DNA of 25,222 bases, counting the filler, from Dimargaris cristalligena (taxonomy: Eukaryota), in assembly GCA_003614675.1 (NCBI GenBank). It is 12 parts of 12 records of this genome, joined end to end, with 100 filler letters (N's around TTAATTAATTAA, not from the genome) between each part and the next. Parts side by side here need not be neighbours in the genome. Positions count along the whole stretch, not along the records: positions 19,018 to 21,020 come from ML004425.1; positions 21,121 to 23,122 come from ML004426.1; positions 23,223 to 25,222 come from ML004427.1; 9 more parts are not named here. The stretch is one strand, 5' to 3'. The notes under the pieces were generated by a model. That model saw nothing but the letters and a program-made list of their open reading frames with translations. It made no database searches and was not told the DNA's origin. The first letter of the stretch is position 1, and each line of letters opens with the position of its first letter. Below, one piece after another: positions 19,458-25,222 of the stretch. The position numbers and the translations under genes are program-made.

Positions 19458-19730
19458 TTAGGCAACAGGTTCAGTCGATTGATCCGCAGTAGCATCCATT
19501 CTGGAATTCTGCTTGTTGCGGCGTTTACCACCACCTTGATGTTTCTTGTCATCCTTCCTGCCGCGCCGGACGAGGGATTGGGGCTGGGTGGGGACATCAC
19601 TGCGGCGCACTAGGGAAGCGCTCGAGGGGAGAACGGAGGTGCTGGGCCCATTGGCGGAGCTGGCGAGGGCCACGGTGCCGACAAGCGCGGAGACCGCCAG
19701 GAGGGACTTGAGGACCAGGGAAGACTGCAT
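19458..19730 (-). CDS. Small secreted peptide precursor with dibasic (Kex2-type) sites
   Basis: 90 aa; hydrophobic signal MQSSLVLKSLLAVSALVGTVALA; repeated SLVRR x2 and KRR; GC-rich third codon positions; pyrimidine-rich 5' leader and TATA box upstream. Confidence 0.75.
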   Translation of the reverse strand: MQSSLVLKSLLAVSALVGTVALASSANGPSTSVLPSSASLVRRSDVPTQPQSLVRRGRKDDKKHQGGGKRRNKQNSRMDATADQSTEPVA

Positions 19731-19915
19731 GGTGAAGACTAATGAAGCTGCGATACGAAGTAAAACGGTAGGTAAAGTGGGGTATGGTAAATGGAAAATG
19801 GCAGAACAAATGTGTAGTAATGAGGGTGAGTGGAAACGGCTGGTAGAAGATAGAATGTGCGAATTGCTGATGATGAATGTGAGGATATGGTAAACAAGAG
19901 GGGGGTAGGGGCAGG

Positions 19916-19923
19916 CTTTTATA
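19916..19923 (-). promoter_or_regulatory. TATA box (TATAAAAG) of the secreted peptide gene
   Basis: Consensus TATAAAAG about 190 bp upstream of ATG 19730, followed by a C/T-rich tract. Confidence 0.5.
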
Positions 19924-20726
19924 CGAAATTATGGTAGGCTGGCACCTAGTGGAGGCTTACCGGTTGCCCTTGCCCAAATGGCTATTCTACCTATACAGCC
20001 TCATAGGCCGGCCCGCCGATTACCTCGTTGCACCAGCACCATGCGCGGTATCTAGTACAGGTGGCGGGAAACCATTATCCATCCCAGCCGACTCTGGCAC
20101 TACAGGGGTGAATTAGCCCCGCCACGACCAGCCGTAGCCTACGGGACAGAGCAGTTCGCCGTATGTTCGAGGATAGTCGTCTTTGTGCCCGTGGCGATAA
20201 TGCTGTACTGGCCAATCGGCTAGATTACCCTGCTCTGTGGATCCCGCAACTAGTTGGACTCTGGACTTAATGGCGATTGGCCTCAACGATGAGCGGCAGC
20301 ATTCTCCCGTTGCCCCTACTACTACCTCAGCAGGATGCTACGTTTCCGATCCGTCTATACCTTACTCCGACAGTGTTGTTGGCAGTGCTACCAATATGCA
20401 GACATTCCGATAGACCCTGTCGCATCCCTCGCTCCTCTCAGTTTGAACCATGCAGGTCGGGTAGACCGGCCCAATACCCGAGTAGCCGATGGCCGTCGAT
20501 GATTTGGTTTAGGATGGACGGTTATGTTTTAAACATGTCTGTGTAATAATGGTTGTGGTTTGCATTAACACAAGGAAGTCGGCCAGTCTCTATTGATGCG
20601 CCTTTTGGTTTCGGTTTCTTTCCAACCTTATTGGAGCGGAAATAACATCCGCCGTGCTACCGGCCGTTCCCTCCGGTTCAATATACACAGAGTTTTAAGT
20701 CCGCCTGCCGCCCTTTCAGAATAATC

Positions 20727-21020
20727 ATGCCCGAGAAGGAGAGTCTCAGAGAATGGGTTAAGTGGGCCCAGCGCCAATATGAACATGGGTTCAGTCCAGC
20801 CGCTATCTAGAGTATGGGGGATACTAGCCAGTTCATAGCGATTGCCGATTTGCTACTCATCGCCACCGCTTCTTTTAACTCTGAATCATGAATTTGACCA
20901 AATGGCCGATCGTTTTCGGGGGGCCTATGGAACCCTGTCTGAACTACCGCCCACTTATTTTGAACGGGGCTGTCTAGGGTATGGGGAGTGGGTATATTTC
21001 CATGAAATCCTGCCACTCAT
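20727..21020 (+). CDS. Candidate 5' end of a spliced gene (unknown; weak PARG-like resemblance)
   Basis: MPEKESLREW (20727-20756), a possible intron 20757-20838 (GTTAAGT...CATAG), then in-frame RLPICYSSPPLLLTLNHEFDQMADRFRGAYGTLSELPPTYFERGCLGYGEWVYFHEILPL open to the contig end. Confidence 0.3.
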
Positions 21021-21235
21021 NNNNNNNNNNNNNNNNNNNNNNNNNNNNNNNNNNNNNNNNNNNNTTAATTAATTAANNNNNNNNNNNNNNNNNNNNNNNN
21101 NNNNNNNNNNNNNNNNNNNNCTAGCTGCCACCTCTTGGAACAGCAAGTCTATCATCACCTTTCCCTTTTTATCACCTATCTTTTCAAATAAAGTTCAGTT
21201 TTCAAGTATTTGAGTTCAGTTCTTTATATGGTCCT

Positions 21236-21454
21236 TGTATCAGGAAGACTTTTATGGGAACTGGAAGAGGCCTCGGATTGACAGTGGAGTAATTAGTGTG
21301 AACACTGGAGAGCCTGACCAGAGGGGTTATATATGATAATTAATGTCCCCATAGTACTGGGGGTGACCATGGGAGGGGGCTAATATGGTGCTATAAGGCC
21401 TGATATGCTGGGCAATCATCTAGTCCAGATTAGGTTGGATTAGGAGGACTGATA
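21236..21454. mobile_element. Partial degenerate LTR family A copy
   Basis: ATGGGAACTGGAAGAG, CATAGTAC-GGGGGTGACCATGGG, CTATAAGGCCTGATATG and GGATTAGGAGG shared with 13816-14032 and 14647-14706. Confidence 0.8.
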
Positions 21455-21680
21455 ATAGCCACTCCAGTAGTGAGTGAGGGTGAGATGGGAGTGGTAAGGG
21501 TGAAGATAACACTGATGATGATAAGGACTCTGCCTCTCTTAGAAAGACAGAATGGTAATGGGACATAAGATATAATATAAATTAACAAATACCATAATTA
21601 TGTAAAAAATAATCAAATATTTCAATGAAATTGGCTGCTAATAATGGCTAACGGAATCCTGGCTACTTTTGGCTTCAACC

Positions 21681-22363
21681 TGTTGGAAATATAGATTTAA
21701 TAGTAAATGTAAGTGCCTTCAGATGAAACCAAAAAGATTTAAAGAAGAGAGAAAGAACCACAAGGGGCAAAGCTAGATGTCAGTGGTTGGTTTTATTGTA
21801 TTGGAAATAACAGTAATGATGATAAAAACATTGTTCCGAGTATAGGGTGTGGTGCCTCCACCACATTACTCTATTCCCCATTTCCCCTTTACCGATTTCC
21901 CTCTTGTCCTCTTCTGTGTTCATCATGGGATCATCATGAATTCCCATGATCCATTGTTCTTCCTTCCCCTTCCTTTGCTAAGCCTTTCCCATGACTTAAC
22001 TAAGCCTGATTGGTCCATATTTCTGTCTTATGACTAAGTCACCTAGCTTATGACTAATGGACCATTTTCCCTCCTGTTTTCTACTCGTTTCCAACCTAAA
22101 CCATTGGATATAAATAAACTCTTGTCTACCCTCTTGGAAGGACAGACAACCTTGGCTCCCATTACATTCTCTTGACTTCCTTGACCCCTACTTAGAGTAT
22201 CTTAATATCACCTTGGCTTCAGGTAACAACTTAATTTTTTGTCAGTTTGGCCCTTTTGGCACTTCAAGGGTAATATGATCATAGATATAGAATAATCCCA
22301 GGTATAAAGATGGACCAATCAGAGTAAAGGATTCGGAGGGGTGGGAGAAATGAATTTCCAACA
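21681..22363. mobile_element. Solo LTR, family B, TSD CAACC, interrupted by a nested element
   Basis: TGTTGGAAAT...ATTTCCAACA (10-bp perfect inverted termini); CAACC at 21676-21680 and 22364-22368. Removing the insert and one TSD copy leaves 260 bp versus 259 bp for 15531-15789. Confidence 0.9.
21848..22266. mobile_element. Solo LTR, family C (419 bp), nested in LTR B, TSD AGGG
   Basis: TGTGGTGCC...GGCACTTCA termini (TG...CA, imperfect inverted repeat); AGGG on both sides; absent from the 15531-15789 homologue; internal TATAAATAAA near 22109. Confidence 0.8.
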
Positions 22364-23222
22364 CAACCTTGAAGATCCATCCATTGTTACATGTATAGCA
22401 ATAAGAAATAATGTATAGATAATAATAATCATAAGCAAGAGAAAAGAAAACCTCCTCAAATCATTAAATGGAGCAGAGGCGCTAGTATATAGTAAAAACG
22501 GTATCTCCAGGATGTTGCTGCTGGGGATAGTGGCTTATTCATCATAATATCAAAAAGGAATGATTTGCACTTTACACTATAATAAACAAATGGACAGGTT
22601 ATTTTAAAGAAGTGTTCAGCAACAAAATTATATAACAATTTATATAAAGATGCTTGGGAGAGGATACTCATGAATAATCATAAGATAATAATGGTTAGGA
22701 AATTGTACTTTGTAGTCATAACCATACTCATAATGCCACCCATATTCTTTCTCCCCAAATCAGGGAGGGAAAAGGCAGGTTTAAATATATCATTCAGATA
22801 TGAGTAATTCTTGTAATATTGCCGGGATGTTTACAAGGTCACCGGGGATGGTTATATGTCATCAATAACCTCTGCTCTCCCTTATTGGACTGTCTTATCA
22901 GGGATTGCTTTCTGCACAAAGTTTCAGTGGCGACAAAGGTATATATTGTTGAGGCAATGGCTTTTGCCTCTGTCGAAATAATATTAAAAGATACAGAAAT
23001 GATCATACTTGATAAAATTGATAAAAAATTGGCTTTCCCCATACCTGCATTTTGCAGAAATACACAAATCCCACCCATTTAACCATATTTAGAACATTTA
23101 AAATGGTAGCTCATTTGACTAANNNNNNNNNNNNNNNNNNNNNNNNNNNNNNNNNNNNNNNNNNNNTTAATTAATTAANNNNNNNNNNNNNNNNNNNNNN
23201 NNNNNNNNNNNNNNNNNNNNNN

Positions 23223-23339
23223 TATAATAAATAATCCATTTGATGAGGTAAATATTACTGGTCAAAAGTTATTCTCCCACATATTATCCCATACATATAT
23301 TGTGTAAAATCTTATACAGTTGGGTTGAAGTTCACCCAT
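23223..23339. repeat. Diverged copy of the MITE TIR seen at 10585-11240
   Basis: TATAA...AATCCATT...AATATTACT-GT-AAAA...CCCATACA...TTCACCCAT is collinear with the reverse complement of 11120-11238. Confidence 0.7.
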
Positions 23340-24891
23340 GTATTTCAACATTCTTAAAAACCAATTCCACCCACCACCCCCTTGTCTATGGAGGTAACTA
23401 TCCATAGATTCTCCCATACTCATAGGCACACACTACGATCTCTTACTCCTCCAACTAGCTTGTAACAATACTATAATAATTGAACACGTGGTCTGGCAAT
23501 ACCTTGATAGACCTATACCTGAGTTAACACCCGCATTAGAATGCCTGATTTTGCAGGATGTGACTTTCAGTATATCTAACTGGCTGAATCGACACGTATG
23601 GCATTCCCATATTTCCCAAACCTCTAATTGACATTTTAAAGATATCATCTAAAAACTGGAAAAGCGGTACATACAAATACATCATAGCATGCTACATACT
23701 TATGGGTTTTCGGCCATTCTGTTTGCAAGCATTAGAGGGTTGGCTTATTAGAATGGGCTCAACCACAATGCTGGTGCGTTTGCCAGTGCTAAAGTAGCCA
23801 TATCCCAAAGACCTGGGAACCAACCGTCAGAGGGATGTAAAGACCATTCGGAAAACATGAAAAACAATAAAGTTGGATGTGTAGTGACCGACAACCTTGG
23901 ACAGGGAGGCAGAACTGGATTTCATTAGATCAACAGTCCGCTCTTCAAGATCCCTCAGGCGCTGCAGGTTAGGTTCGAAGGGGGCTCCACTTTCCACTAA
24001 ATCTTCGGGGTCCTCCTCAGTGGACTCGGTGATTAAAACAGTTTCACGATTATCAAATATTACAAGTAATAAATCAATCCTCACTCCCGCGACTTGGAAG
24101 AAAAGGGAATAATTATTATTATATTAATTATAAATAATCGAACTGTTATAATAGGCAATAATTAGTGGAAAGAAAAATGCCGTTTGAAATGAATATAATA
24201 TTTATTCGAAATAATTAGTCATTACAAATAGGATAAAAAATTGTGAAGGAAATGTGATGGTATGGCAGAACGTCGTACTCTGCTTCGAAGAGGGCGCTCT
24301 GTACTAGAGATACGAAAAATGGTCGTTTCAATATGAAAATTTACATTATATATTTTAAATCGTCATAAATTCGTTATATTGTACAGTCGTTTGTAGAAAT
24401 AATAAATGTTACAAATCGGTACTAACTTCCCTAAAGTCATGGAAAAGATTCGCATACAACTCGTCATATCGGATAAAATCAATTGCAAACGTCAAAATAC
24501 TCAATAATCATCGAATCGCCATCGGAATCGGTGGGTAAACTGATAACCGAATGGTGAAGCTTAATCGGTACAGTGCTGACGGCACTACAGATGCTGGCTT
24601 CTATGTTTCAAGATATAAATGCGTGCAATGGCAATTACTGTTAGAGAAAACTGAAATAAGGCATGTATATAGAGTGGCGATCGAACTTTGAACAAACGCG
24701 TATGCGGTGAAACGTAATATCTACTATCTAAATTAAAAGAATAGTCTTATAACGGGTGACCATCCCCTCCCCCCTCATACAGCACATCTCCGACACTTGC
24801 CCATGCGTTTTCGGCATTTATGACTTATTTGAAGTTCCCAGTCGTAGGCCCACTAATACAATTGGTCTTATTTATTTGATCCTCCTTGGTA

Positions 24892-25221
24892 TCAATGAAA
24901 TGCTTTGACCAATACTTTAGACATACCGATTAGGACAGCGCCATCAATTTCGGAAGTTCCATTTTTGAAATGATAAACGGGTGCATTTGTTGGGCCGGTG
25001 GTTTGAGGAACCCCTCTCCCGGGACTAAGGCTGGGGCTGAGCCCCGCGCCATGCTCAGGATTAGATGGGCCACCGGACGTCGGGTTTGGAGGGCTTGAGG
25101 AACCTAGGTGGAACATACCGAATTCGGGTAGCGGTCCTTCGGCAATACGGATGGGATCGGAGCTGTGCTCGGAACCGGTACTGGGGTACAGCGGAATTAA
25201 TTCCAGGTTGATGGATCCTAT
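24892..25221 (-). CDS. 3' end of an unidentified gene
   Basis: Frame open from the window edge: IGSINLELIPLYPSTGSEHSSDPIRIAEGPLPEFGMFHLG...VYHFKNGTSEIDGAVLIGMSKVLVKAFH*. CpG-rich like the other host genes. Confidence 0.6.
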   Translation of the reverse strand: MGSINLELIPLYPSTGSEHSSDPIRIAEGPLPEFGMFHLGSSSPPNPTSGGPSNPEHGAGLSPSLSPGRGVPQTTGPTNAPVYHFKNGTSEIDGAVLIGMSKVLVKAFH

Positions 25222-25222
25222 G

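Noticed and set aside
22456-23100. Degenerate coding-like sequence on the minus strand with several TAA stops
   Set aside because: May be a mutated gene or transposon relic, but no family could be identified.
2019-23222. Regularly spaced TTAATTAATTAA motif as a biological repeat or CRISPR-like array
   Set aside because: Always centred in exactly 44+44 Ns between length-sorted contigs, so it is an assembly linker.
23827-24112. 85-aa minus-strand ORF (...ESTEEDPEDLVESGAPFEPNLQRLRDLEER...)
   Set aside because: Protein-like composition but no ATG start, confident splice model or domain.

Overview
This window is not one locus. It is 12 unlinked contigs of about 2 kb, sorted by decreasing length (2018, 2017, 2017, 2016, 2016, 2011, 2011, 2006, 2005, 2003, 2002, 2000 bp) and joined by artificial 100-bp linkers (44 N + TTAATTAATTAA + 44 N). 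Most contigs look like fungal nuclear DNA with GT-AG introns, probably from an early-diverging lineage (inference). They carry the 3' end of a methylcrotonyl-CoA carboxylase alpha-like gene, a 4-exon partial MAPR/cytochrome b5-like gene, an ARID-domain protein and two signal-peptide proteins, one of them a Kex2-type peptide precursor. They also carry a LINE reverse transcriptase fragment, a long-TIR MITE, three solo-LTR families with target-site duplications (one nested in another) and a C2H2 zinc-finger remnant cut by an LTR. The standout is contig 3 (4236-6252). It is AT-rich, intronless and almost fully coding, and encodes a family-1 uracil-DNA glycosylase convergent with a D5-like primase-helicase, a nucleocytoplasmic large DNA virus (NCLDV) replication module inside a fungal assembly. 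The repeats show strong CpG-directed transition decay, pointing to repeat-targeted 5mC methylation.
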